From: Octopus vulgaris
Taxonomy: Eukaryota
DNA length: 64,000 bases
Direction of reading: 5' to 3'
NCBI GenBank assembly: GCA_951406725.2
Contig: OX597824.1
Span: 76,632,001 to 76,696,000 of the forward strand
The position numbers and the translations under genes were made by a program. The notes below the pieces were generated by a model. That model saw nothing but the letters and a program-made list of their open reading frames with translations, did not search any database and was not told the origin of the DNA. The stretch's first letter is position 1. Every line of letters begins with the position of its first letter. Positions 1-12,274 of this stretch are shown here, in pieces.

Positions 1-457
1 AGCGATAAACGAAGCCGTACTTAACAATGCATATGACCTTTAAATAGCTTTCAAGATTCGTTCAAGATGTCAGCAAATCTCTTTCTCTTTCTTTGTTTTC
101 TTTCTTTTTTTTTCTTTGTGTTGCTTTCCAATTCTACTCTAAATCAATTCACCAGAAAGAGAGAATGGGAAGAAACGAAAAAAAGAGAGAGAATGAGAGA
201 GAGGGAGAGAGGAAGAGAGGGCGGGACATATATCAGAAAGAGAGTGAGGAGACCTGTAGGCGGTCATTCGATCTGCTAGAAATAGCAGAGATAGCAAATC
301 AGACTGTCTATCAAAACAAAGAAGGATTCGGCGCATAGTATAGTATAAAGTACTTCTAGAAAGACAAGACAGAGAAGGCCAGATTCTCTTTAATTATATG
401 TGTCTTGGATGTGAACTGACAGGAGATATTTAACTAAAGGTAACGACATCTATTTAA

Positions 458-1065
458 CCTTTTAGCATTCAGATTCCTCTATCAAATGTAATGCTTATTT
501 AGTAATATTGATTTGTATGCAATGCATAAAACTATAGCACTGAGCTTTCAATGATATGATTGTTTATATTTAGAATAACATTGTAGAGTAAGTGTGAGAG
601 GTCAGATCTGGCAGGTTTGAAGATAAAACAGCTAGACGTAGGCATGACTGTATGATAAGAAACTTTCTTCCCAACTATATGGTTCCGGGTTCAGTCCCAC
701 TGCGTGGCAACTTGGGCAAGTGTCTTCAAATATAGCCTTGGTGCGACCAAAGCTTTGTTAGTAGATTTGGTGGACGGAAACTAAAAGAATCCCGTCGTAT
801 ATAAATAGGTATATATCTATATATCTGTGTGTGTGTGTGTGTGTGTTTCTGTCTGTGTTTGTCTCCCAACCGGTGTTGTTGTATTTGCGTCCCCGCAACT
901 TAGCGGTTCGGCTAAGAGAGCGATAGAATAAGTACAAGACATAAAAAATAATAGTAAGTATTAAGGTCGATTTGTTCGATTAAAATTCTCCAAGAATGAC
1001 TGAAACAGGTAAAAGGAAAGGAAAAAAAAACAGATTATTCTGGCCAGATATAACCAGCTGAAGGG
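458..1065. mobile_element. piggyBac-like MITE interrupted by a SINE
   Basis: TTAA|CCTTTTAGCA at the left end and GCTGAAGGG|TTAA at the right end (TTAA target duplication, CC../..GGG termini); SINE A sits inside at 635-1015. Confidence 0.7.
635..1015 (+). mobile_element. tRNA-derived SINE, family A (diverged)
   Basis: B box GGTTCAGTCCC, internal (TA)/(TG) microsatellite and TGACTGAAACA tail; matches the many other copies in the window. Confidence 0.85.
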
Positions 1066-1491
1066 TTAAAGAACCCGCTATTTCCAGAATTTTTTTCTTT
1101 TCAAGTGTATCTCGTGACGGACTGAACTGGAAGGGTTTTATGTAGAGATGCTATCTTTCAATTAAGAGTTGTTCATGTTGCTGAGCTGACACATTCAAAG
1201 GTTTACCAGCGTTGATAAGTTTATCTGAATAATCTCATAGATACATACATACATACGCGCACGTACATACATACATACATGCATACATACATACATACAT
1301 ACATACATACATACATACATACATACATACATACATACATAATACATACAAACATACGCACGTACATACGTATATAAAAGACTATCTGCACACCATTTAT
1401 ATAAATACTAGCATTATGAGCCGTCGTAACCGGGTCATAGTGCTAGTGCATGTATATATGTGTATATATATATATATGTGTACATATTACA

Positions 1492-1552
<61 letters not shown>

Positions 1553-1723
1553 TATAAACAAATCAAATTGCGATAAAATAAAAATAATTATAATCGCTGG
1601 TATTACTAACACAAGCCATATATTTTTCATATATCAGTACATTAAAGCGAAATATGTACTAGGAATACAGAAGCTTGATAAATTAAGTGAAATGAAGATA
1701 AAAACATTTACTAAACCGGTAAT

Positions 1724-1795
1724 TCTCAGACTGCAGTTTCTTTCTTTTCAGCAATAAAGATAATTTATTTGCTCAGGGAGACGTCTTCAGTGAGA
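1724..1795 (-). ncRNA. Type I hammerhead ribozyme, Penelope-type (base of stem II mismatched)
   Basis: Minus strand reads UCUCA-CUGAAGA-[stem II with AGCAAAUAAA/UUUAUUGCU]-GAAA-CUGCAG-UC-UGAGA; stem I UCUCA/UGAGA and GUC triplet. Confidence 0.7.
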
Positions 1796-1940
1796 CCCTG
1801 TTTTTCTGGGATCCTAACTCACTAGAAGCATGTGCTTCTAATGATTTACTCTCCCTAGCTAATCATATCACTGCGCAGACATCTACACATAAAATACAAA
1901 ATACAAAGTTATATCTTGATATTGCTAGTGATAACAATAC

Positions 1941-2330
1941 TCAAAATCTATAACAGACTGGAATTGTAGGCCCGTCTCTTGCAATTTGGATCAATTGTGT
2001 CTTGTCCTCCCTCTTGTATAGAAGTGTGGCTACAATCCAGCCTACCTCTACTTCTGGGGGAACATTTAAAACTTTTATCCGGGACGTCCTACGTCCCAGA
2101 TATAAAGGTAAAAATAAAATATTTCCACTTTGCAAAGCTCGAGCCGAGTACTCCCTTGCACGCTCCGTTGACTCGAACCTTGCTTCAATTGTGGCGAATT
2201 TACCGTCTCTGGTTAGATGTCTTTCATAGTCGCACCAAGACACTTTTCGATGATGCTTTCCTCGAGGTGTTCAAATCTTTTTTTCTCTCTACATTGTATA
2301 CTTTATTGACAATAGTCTTTTCTTTAATTT
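1941..2330 (-). pseudogene. Decayed L1/Tx1-like LINE ORF1 fragment
   Basis: Non-repetitive reading frame containing LPLYLGRRTSRIKVLNVPPEV, similar to the RRM-like V.NVPP motif of Tx1-type ORF1; frameshifted upstream. Confidence 0.45.
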
Positions 2331-2949
2331 AATTTTTTATTTCGATTGGTGGTGTTATCCTAGTCACCGTCTTTGTCGGTGATCAATCCGAAATAGGTTT
2401 GTATTTCTTCCATTTTAATTTTAATGAGTTCGCACCTGCCGACTTTCTTCTATCGAAGGCATTCTAACAAAAATGCTTCCGTGTAGACGGTGAAAATATT
2501 GTCAATTTCCCCAAAGAGGGACACAATTCAATTTCTAAACAATAGCGAAAGCTCCTTCTCCCAAAGGTTACAGTTTACAATTATTTAACAAATGCAACAC
2601 AACAACGTTTCCCTTACGAGGAACCAACAAACCTGATAACAATAGTTAAACAGTAATAATAATAACAACAAATCTTATGGTGAATCAAAAAGCAGTACGC
2701 AGTTGATTTAATTTAATATATTCCCATTCATGTGAAACCACTTATTCAAGTTCAAGTCATTGATGCAATTTTATACCAATTGCTATTTTTACTTTTGTTA
2801 TGTTACGAATATATTATACTTTAGTTTGATTTTAATTATTACTTACTACATATAATTCAATTGTTATTATTATTTTTATTGTTAAAGTGGAAGTATCTGA
2901 CATAAAATAGAAAAATGTTTTTGTTTCACTTTTAACACGTAATACTGAA

Positions 2950-3285
2950 ATAGTGGAGAAGATATAATATTGCTATGGGCTCGCTCTAGACAAGAAGCTG
3001 AACATTTTTTGCCCATGAAACTACATGGACCCTAAGTAAGACATGTGTAAAATTTGAATGAAATTGGTTGTGTAGTTCTCACGTTTTAGGGAATCGTAGT
3101 GGAGAAGATATGATGTTGCTGTGGGCTCGCGCTAGGCAAAAAGTTAAAGATGACACTCCCCGGACCCTAAGTAAGGCATGTGTAAAATATGAATGAGATT
3201 GGATGTGTAGTTCTCAAGTTTTAGGGAAACACACAGACAGACAGACACACACACACACATTCTCATTTTTATATATATATAAAGA
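2950..3285 (-). mobile_element. Non-autonomous Helitron-like 5' portion with an internal tandem duplication of about 145 bp
   Basis: Ends TTTTATATATATATAAAGA|T (minus strand A|TC), the same terminus as the Helitrons at 14850 and 61633; TAGTGGAGAAGATAT...GTTTTAGGGAA occurs twice. Confidence 0.55.
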
Positions 3286-3916
3286 TACATGCACGCACAC
3301 ACATATACATACAGAAAGAGATATTTACGTAATATATTTATATACATATGTATGTACATATATACTTATACGTATATAAATATATACATATATGTATATA
3401 AATATATACATATATAAATATAAATATATACATATATAAATATATACATATATACATAAACTTATATACATATAAGTATGTATATACGTTTATATTTACG
3501 TGTATATATACCCATGCACACATATATATCTATATATATTTATATATCTATTTATTTATATATGAATGTCTCTGGGTGTGTGTGTGTGTGTCTATATATC
3601 ATGTGATATTTGTGTATTTCATATACGATGGATGCTCTCCCTTTTTCGTTTTTATCTATAAAAACTATTTCGTTTGTTTCTTTGAATCTTGGCGAGAGTA
3701 ATATGAGAAAGTTGATTGAGTGCTAATGTACGTTACATCACATTGTCGCTGAAACTATTTCAACCATCAGTTTTCTAATTTGTACCGCAATGACTGCTGC
3801 ACTCATTTAAACATCTCTGGTTTCAATACAAATACGTCCTATACGTTAACACAAAATGATTCCTTCGTAAGTAACTTATAATTTTACTTCCTTTTTCCTT
3901 GTCTGTTATCTGTCTG

Positions 3917-3965
<49 letters not shown>

Positions 3966-3986
3966 ATATATATATATCTATCTACA

Positions 3987-4322
<336 letters not shown>

Positions 4323-4544
4323 GAGTGTATTTTTACCTTGTTAACAATTAACACGGAAAAATAAATAAATAGTTACCAGGGCAGCAAAAAATGTCGTATT
4401 GACGAGTTTCGTTTTTTTCACTTTCCCGAAGAGAAGATTGCATTGTTTATACCATTTATTCTTTTGAATAGCATCAGTGGAATTTTCGGAACATGTGTAG
4501 AAAGTAAAAATACTTGTTTAAACCTGCGTTAACTCCATTTTTTA

Positions 4545-4613
<69 letters not shown>

Positions 4614-4829
4614 AATGTACAACTAGACAGAACGACATGCCGAGAAAATCTCAGTATATCTGGTGGGATATCCTACATCAAGCAGCTGAACTGACACAAC
4701 CTGCACTGATTGATGCAACCCAATCAGATGCTCAATATTCAACCCCTATTGCACAGGTACAGGATGGGTCGAAACGATCGTCGAGCTGAATAAAGATTCG
4801 TTCTAAATCCAGCTTCCGTTTACTACATG

Positions 4830-4891
<62 letters not shown>

Positions 4892-4919
4892 ATGTATATG
4901 TATATATACATATATGTAT

Positions 4920-5304
4920 GTGGAGGCGCAATGGCCCAGTGGTTAGGGCAGCGGACTCGCGGTCATAGGATCGCGGTTTCGATTCCCAGACCGGGCGTTG
5001 TGAGTGTTTATTGAGCGAAAACACCTAAAAGCTCCACGAGGCTCCGGCAGCGGATGGTGGTGATCCCTGCTGTACTCTTTCACCACAACTTTCTCTCACT
5101 CTTACTGCCTGTTCTGTTGTACCTGTATTTCAAGGGGCCGGCCTTGTCACTCTCTGTGTCACGCTGAATATCCCCGAGAACTACGTTAAGGGTGCACGTG
5201 TCTGTGGAGTACTCAGCCACTTACACGTTAATTTCACGAGCAGGCTGTTCCGTTGATTCGGGTCAACCGGAACCCTCATCGTCGTAACCGACGGAGTGCT
5301 TCCA
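4920..5304 (+). mobile_element. tRNA-derived SINE, family B
   Basis: A box TGGCCCAGTGG, B box GGTTTCGATTCC, tail ending GTAACCGACGGAGTGC; near-identical to 59370-59752. Confidence 0.92.
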
Positions 5305-5332
5305 CATTCCACATATATGTATGTATACATAT

Positions 5333-5645
5333 TAGTGGCTTAGTGGTTAGGGCATCAAAGGTGATGATCGTAAAGTCGTGAGTTCAATTCCCGGCGACGC
5401 GGTGTGTCCTTGAGCAAGACACTTTATTTTACGTTGCTCCAGTCTACTCAGCTAGCAATAATGAGTAGTAAGTGTATTTCAAAGGGTCAGCCTTGTCATA
5501 CACTGTGTCACGCTGAATTTTCTTTGAGAACTATGTTAAAGGTACACGTGGCTGTGGAGTGGTCAGCTACTTGAATGCTAATATTACGAGTAAGATGTTG
5601 CCCTGAACGGATCAACTGGAACCCTCGTCGTCGTAACCGAAGGAT
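5333..5645 (+). mobile_element. tRNA-derived SINE, family C
   Basis: TGGCTTAGTGGTTAGG head, GAGTTCAATTCC B box, same 3' tail as family B. Confidence 0.85.
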
Positions 5646-5649
5646 TGCA

Positions 5650-5684
<35 letters not shown>

Positions 5685-5693
<9 letters not shown>

Positions 5694-6043
5694 AGGGTTT
5701 ATAAGAGATACTACCACGCTGGAAATAGCAGCCAAAACTTGGCTCCAAAACCACATTAAATGTTCATACAGCACCAGGAGAGAAGACAAGGCGACAAAAT
5801 AAACTAGCAAAAACTTACTGGATAATTCCAGATCCCGAATTTATGACTACGCATAAAAAATACTTTACCTCATCAGAAAGAGCTAGAAATCCGGGATCTG
5901 GAATTATCCAGTAATTTTTTGCTAGTTTATTTTGACGCTTTGTCTTCTCTCCTGGTGCCTTATGAACAGTTAATGTGGTTTTAGAGTCAAGTTTTGGCTA
6001 CCATTTCCAGCGTGATAGTATCTCTTAGATACCCCAAATTATA
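5685..6043. mobile_element. Foldback element with ~155 bp inverted arms and ~45 bp spacer
   Basis: TAAGAGATACTACCACGCTGGAAAT...GGATAATTCCAGATCCCG is mirrored by CGGGATCTGGAATTATCC...ATTTCCAGCGTGATAGTATCTCTTA; abuts (TA)n. Confidence 0.85.
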
Positions 6044-6197
6044 ATTTTAATAATAATTATTTCCTTTCAACGTTTTTATTCATATGCTGGCTACTTGATA
6101 AGATCGATATTTAAATAACGATAGTATTTTACGATAACATGGTGGACAGGTCAGTTTGAGGTTCCTTATTACTATAATGTAAACTTTTTTGAACTTA

Positions 6198-6630
6198 TAA
6201 TATTCTGTGCGTGTATACCAATAATCCACTGAACTTTTTAATAATTCCTTCTGGAAACTATCTTTAACATTTTTTTAAGAATGTATATATATGTTGTAAT
6301 CTTTTGTGCCCAATATTTTAATGAACTTGTTAAACTTTTTTATGTTCTTAACATGTTCTTGTTACCAAAGAATATATATATGTATTGTAGTATTTTGTGA
6401 CAACCAATATTCTGTGCGTGTATGAATATACAGATACAATACCAATATTCCACTGAACTTTTTAATAATTCCATCTGGAAACTATCTTTAACATTTTCTT
6501 AAGAATGTATATTTATGTTGTAATCTTTTGTGCCCAATATTTTAAGGAACTTGTTAAACTTTTTTATGTCTTTAACATGTTCTTGTTACCAAAGTCTGTA
6601 TATATGTTTTGTAGCATTTTGTGACAACCA
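6198..6630. repeat. Tandem duplication, unit about 210-225 bp
   Basis: AATATTCTGTGCGTGTAT...TTTTGTGACAACC occurs twice head-to-tail. Confidence 0.9.
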
Positions 6631-6658
6631 ATAATTAACACAACCAAACTTTTATATG

Positions 6659-6703
6659 TTACTTTTGATAACCTTTTTCTAAAGAGTGAAACCGGTAAAG
6701 TAA
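6659..6703 (+). ncRNA. Decayed minimal type I hammerhead
   Basis: UUACUU-UUGAUAA-CCUUUUUCUAAAGAGU-GAAA-CCGG-UA-AAGUAA followed by AAUAAA; stem I perfect, core has two transitions relative to CUGAUGA. Confidence 0.5.
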
Positions 6704-6789
6704 ATAAACATCTATTAAAATTGCATTTTCAAACATTCTTTATTCAGGGTGATGCAGGGTGGGACAACGTTGGCGCATTCAAGTATAGG

Positions 6790-7355
6790 ATTCACTCAGT
6801 TTTACAGCTGAGTGAAATAAAGTGTCTTGCTCAAGGACACAACGCGTTAACAGGCATCGAACACACGACCTTATGGCCATGAATCAAATACCCTAACCAC
6901 TATACGCATGTGTATATAATTACATGCATATATATATATACATATATAGGACGGGATTCATTCAGTTTCCGTCTTCCAAATCCACTCACAAGGCTTTGGT
7001 CGGCCCAAAGCTATAACAGAAGACACTTCCCCAAGGTGCAACGCAGTGGGACTGAACCAGGAACCATGTGGTTGGTAAGCAAGCTACTTACAAGACAACC
7101 ACTATATATATATATACTCATAGATATTTCACATTGCTCCAGTCCCCCCAGGTGTAAAACTGAGCGGTACCTGTAATTGAAAGGGCCAACCTTGTCCCCA
7201 TCATCTGTGTCACGTTGAATCTCCCTGAGAACTACGTTAAGGGTACGCGTGTCTGTGGAATACTCAGCTACTTGCACGCTAATTATTTCATGAACAAACA
7301 GGCTGCTTCGTCGATCGGATCTACTTAAAGGTGCATCGTCGTAACAGACGGAGAA
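6790..7355. mobile_element. Cluster of SINE fragments: C head (-, 6790-6905), A head (-, 6945-7102), C/B tail (+, 7125-7355)
   Basis: Direct similarity to full-length copies elsewhere in the window. Confidence 0.8.
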
Positions 7356-7961
7356 CGAATTTTTATATACATATATATATATATAATTATATTTTCACAC
7401 ATGTCCATATACACACACATATACATAATTATATATTTATACAGGTATACACGCACTGATATATATATATATATAGGCACACGCATTTTTATATGCACGG
7501 ACACGCGCATATGTATATATATATATAGATTATATCTGAGTGTATACGTGTATGTAAGTGTGTATGTGTGTGAATATACGTGTATATGTCTGTTAATATT
7601 CACATTTTCTCTTTCGGCACTTAATTGCTAAATTGCTTGTGTGATGAGAACCTAAAGCAATAAATGGCATAAATAATGGCCTGTCTTGAACTGCAAGTCA
7701 TATTATATTTTACAGATTCGCAAAAATTTCTAGCTGGAAGCAGATAGCATTCTACTAAGTATCTTGATAATTTTTTCCGCGTCAATTTATTCCATTATGC
7801 GTAACATGAGAACACGGGGAAGAAGGAAATGAAAAAAATATCAACTAATATATAGAATATAAAACACACACACACACACACACACATAGGGAGAGAGAGA
7901 GAGAGAGGGGGCGGAAGAGACAGAGACAGGGACAGCGACAGAGACATACAGACAGACAGAA

Positions 7962-7994
<33 letters not shown>

Positions 7995-8058
7995 TAGATA
8001 GATAGATAGATATATACATATATATATATACATATATATGTATATGTATATGTATATG

Positions 8059-8091
<33 letters not shown>

Positions 8092-8182
8092 GTGTGTGTA
8101 TATAGATGGATAGATATGTATATATATATATTTATAGACATATATATATACATATATATATTTTATTTTATCGCATTCTGAC

Positions 8183-8246
<64 letters not shown>

Positions 8247-8926
8247 TGTATGTGTATATATACATATACACACATATATATAAACACTTAAATGCATACA
8301 CACATACACATCGTGTGCATTATAAATGTAACGTTAAAAATAAGTGTTTTTATTACACAATGGCAAACCAGCGTCGACTGCATAAAAACCAAATACATGT
8401 GTAGCATCTAATATTTCTGTATACTCTTGGCAGTCAATAAGTAGTTTCTCCGAATGGTGGCTTTTTCAAACTATGTCAGCAAGTTACTGTTACTGAAGCG
8501 TCAAAGTTAGTGCTTAGAAAATAACACTAAACATTGTCTTCATAGGTATTGGGACCAACTCGAAATGGGAAAGAGTGACAATCGCAAGATTGACGAATTC
8601 TCCATAAAATTAGCTGTCACAGAGCGAAAAACATTCTGTCTGGTGAGAAAGCAATAGCATGATATGTGTTTCTGTCTCAATAAGCGTCTCCAGCAAAGCA
8701 GGTTTTCTTGGCTTCTTTCCAAGGGAACAAGGCGAAACGATTCATGAAAGCCAATGACTTGTTATTGGACAACAACGAATACCACATCAAAATATATACA
8801 TACTTACACACACACATATACACATATGTCTGTGTGTATCTATGAGTATGTGTCTGTGCATATATATATATATACATACACACACATACACATGTATATA
8901 CATGTTTATATATTTACACAAACACA

Positions 8927-9528
8927 GTGTACATTTAAACACATAAGCGGCATCCATCATAGGACTCCTTGCACGCTAGAGAGTACAGTTAAATTCCAAA
9001 CCACTATTAAGGATAAAATTTCGAAGGGAAGGAAAAATAAAAACATTTACTTTCTAACACCTGGATCAATGGTTTCAGACGTTTTTTTTTAGCAAATAAA
9101 ATAATTTGCTAGGCGAAGTCTTCTTCAGCAGGTACATCTTAGATTAAATATATATACACAAGGCAATCCAGTATATGCCCCGTGCTTATACTTTCTAAAT
9201 TTTCAAATCTACCGCGCAAGCGCAGCTCCTTGTCGGCAATAAATAAAATTGCCGGCTTTTCAATTCGAAAATTATCCAGAACAAGATTATCAATAATTAG
9301 TAATATCAAATGGTAATCAGAAATATAAAAAATTTCCACTACCAGTGGTCTAGCGTGTAAGAATTTAATCAATAGACTATATATTATTCACATAAATATA
9401 GTGTACATTTAGACACATAAGAAGCATCCATCATTTGATTCCTTGCACGCTAGAGAGAATAGTTAAATTCCAAACTGCTACTAGGGATAAAATTTCGAAG
9501 GGAATGAAGAATAAAAACATTTACCATC
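8927..9528 (-). mobile_element. Hammerhead-containing non-autonomous retroelement (Penelope pLTR or retrozyme-like), 474 bp unit plus a partial second unit
   Basis: 8927-9050 is repeated at 9401-9524; hammerhead at 9057-9135; homologous pieces at 50075-50335 and 54570-54741. Confidence 0.7.
9057..9135 (-). ncRNA. Type I hammerhead ribozyme (helix III mutated)
   Basis: GUACCUG-CUGAAGA-AGAC..UAGCAAAU/AUUUGCUA..GUCU-GAAA-CCAUUGA-UC-CAGGUGU; the sister copy at 50123 has CCAUGG-UC. Confidence 0.7.
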
Positions 9529-10199
9529 ATGTTTATATATTTATATATGTATGTAAGAGTATATACACATACGTTTGCATATACATAATTACACATGAGC
9601 ACACATATACAGACACATACACACATAAACACATACACACACAAACATACTGTCTCACACACACACAATGCATATATACATATATTTCTTTTCTTGTAAC
9701 GTTAAATCTTGAGGCAGATAAGGTATAAACAATAGCTTCTAAATATTTGGTTTAAAAACTTTGGAGATAAAAAAAGTCGTGTCTTTTTCTTTTTTTTTCC
9801 TTTGTAAGCGAATATTTACAAGCTATTGCTTGCAGCTCATCTGCTTCAAGATCCAGCATTTTAATAAAGAATTATTCCATGAATACTTGAAAGTCAGAAA
9901 ATCATATAAATTCTTATGACGTCAGCAATACACGCACACACATACATATAAACAAATACACACACATGCACACACTCACACACATACGTACGCATGCGTG
10001 GCTGGCTGGCTGGCTGGCTTGTTGGATGGATGGATGGATGAATATTCTCAGTATTGTCAACATGTTTATTCTTAATATGCTTGTTCTCAATAACATAAAC
10101 ATGTTCTCAATATAATTCTGACAGCACCGCGGTTCAATAGCTTGAATAACATAATATCTCCCATGAATTGCAACAAACCCTCATGCCATAGTCAAAGTT

Positions 10200-10303
<104 letters not shown>

Positions 10304-10486
10304 ATATATATATATATATACAAACTTTAGAGGAATGACCAGTAAAGTGGACACCCTATATGCTAAAGATAGACGTCAAATAGCCATTACCACGAAGAAT
10401 ATGTATCACAAATTTTAATCTTCGGATTTTTTAAATATACTAAGCCACTGGTTTTAATTGATTAACGTCAATTTCTACCCTTATTA

Positions 10487-10540
<54 letters not shown>

Positions 10541-10594
10541 GTAATGCAATACTAGAGTATTGCTTTCCAGTAAAGAATAGCCCGTGAGGGAAAA

Positions 10595-11039
10595 ATATAC
10601 AAAGAAGTAAATATATGGCACAACGAAGTACCGATATTTACTGGAAATACGACGCTAATGTATAGCTTCACCGCGTATGTACTAGCAAAAATGCGTGTGT
10701 GCAACAAACTAGAAAAAATTGTCTTACCTCCAGGGAGAACATCTGAAAGATGAAATACCTGGAAAAGGATAATGTGGGACCTGCGCAGGTTTCAGATTTT
10801 TCAAGATATGTCTGCACCCATAAACTTGATCTATCTTCATCAGCCAAACATATACCACGACAACATTTCAGATGTTACCACATTAATGCCATTACACTCG
10901 ACTGAAACGCCGAAACGCTAACAGCACGAACGGTGAAGAAGTTTCAATAAATTAGTAATGCAATACATTAGCGTCGTATTATTACGTTCGCTATTTCCAG
11001 TAAACATCGGTACTTCGTTGTGCCATATATTTACTTCTT

Positions 11040-11046
<7 letters not shown>
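10595..11046. mobile_element. Foldback element with a hammerhead in its spacer
   Basis: ATATACAAAGAAGTAAATATATGGCACAACGAAGTACCGAT..TACTGGAAATA is inverted at 10993-11046; lies among (TA)n tracts. Confidence 0.85.
10772..10851 (-). ncRNA. Type I hammerhead ribozyme, intact core
   Basis: AUGUuuGG-CUGAUGA-AGAU..UCAAG/CUUGA..AUCU-GAAA-CCUGCGCAGG-UC-CCACAU; all conserved core bases present, GUC cleavage triplet. Confidence 0.85.
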
Positions 11047-11108
<62 letters not shown>

Positions 11109-11339
11109 TTGAAGTCCATGACGTTGTAGCAGAAGCTGCAATTATTATAAAGATGTTTCCCAATCAGCATTAAGATATTAAACTTTGACTTCATGTACTC
11201 CAATACTTTAATCTGAAATCAACATGCCCTTTTGCTAGAATTTCTTCCACCTTCTATTTTATTTTATTTATAATAACTCTAGACAGACTAGTGGCAGGGA
11301 TTAAGTGGTGAGGAGCATTCGTAAAAGTTGTATCTATTC

Positions 11340-11650
11340 ATTTGGCGATTTGTTGTCCATATCTCCTGATAGATTGCAGTCACTGCCTCGATAACCTTTG
11401 GCTGCCCATGATTCAGGAGCTCTACTGAGTTTGTATCTATACCTGGTGATTTTTCTTTGTTTGAGTGTATACACCGACTCTTCGGCATCCTCTTGAAATA
11501 TTAGGGCACTCCCAAGTTCTCTGTTATTATTGGTGGCATTGTCCAAGATGTTGGTGTTATGACTGACTTTATAGTTGAATAGTTCTTTGCAATATTTAGT
11601 CCATTTTCTGACGATAGTAATTTCATTTGTGAGGAGACAATGCCTTTTCT
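11340..11650 (-). pseudogene. RTE-clade LINE ORF2 fragment (region just before the RT domain)
   Basis: W..YCKELFNY and KSPGIDTNSVELLNHGQPKVIEAVTAIYQEIW motifs, frameshifted. Confidence 0.75.
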
Positions 11651-11711
11651 TTTTTCATGTCATCAATTAAAACGACCATGTATTGCTTCGATTTTATTAG
11701 CAATTTTAACC

Positions 11712-12208
11712 CTCAAAGGTCTGGAAGAGTAGAGACATCACCCTCGCTACCAAATGCAGATTGGTGAAGGCGATCGTCTTCCCAATAGCAACATATGGAT
11801 GTGAGATCTGGACACTAAAGAAAGCTGACCAGAAGAGAATTAATGCATTCGAGCTTTGGTGTTGGAGAAGTTTTTACGGATTCCATGGACAGCGAGGCTC
11901 ACCAATGGAAAAGTTCTTAACCAGGTCAAGCCGAAACTGTCGCTAGAAGCTAGGATCACCAAGCATAGATTGGTATATTTTGGTCATATTATGCGGAGAA
12001 AATCCCTGGAGAAGAACATCATGCTCAGAATGGTCAATGGCAAGAGAGGAAGAGGCCGACCAAGAATCCGCTGGCTTGACACCATCAAGAGTGACACGGA
12101 AATGGCCATGGCTAATCTGAAAGAAGCGACCCAGGATAGAACTAGCCGGAGAACACTGATCCATCGAGTAATCCAGAGTCGACTTCGATTGAGCGGATAG
12201 TTAGTTAA
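11712..12208 (+). pseudogene. RTE/BovB-like LINE 3' end (ORF2 C-terminus plus TTAG tail)
   Basis: SRDITLATKCRLVKAIVFPIATYGCEIWTLKK..FELWCWR, frameshift near 11870, then LRIPWTAR..YFGHIMRR..GKRGRGRPRIRWLD..SRLRLSG*; tail TAGTTAGTTAA. Confidence 0.92.
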
Positions 12209-12274
12209 TCCCTCAAATACAACTTTTGTGCTGCTATGTTTTATGTCAGATACAGTGTTGTCACACTTAAGCAA

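Noticed and set aside
4920-4995. tRNA genes at SINE heads
   Set aside because: A and B boxes are present, but there is no full cloverleaf and each runs into a SINE body
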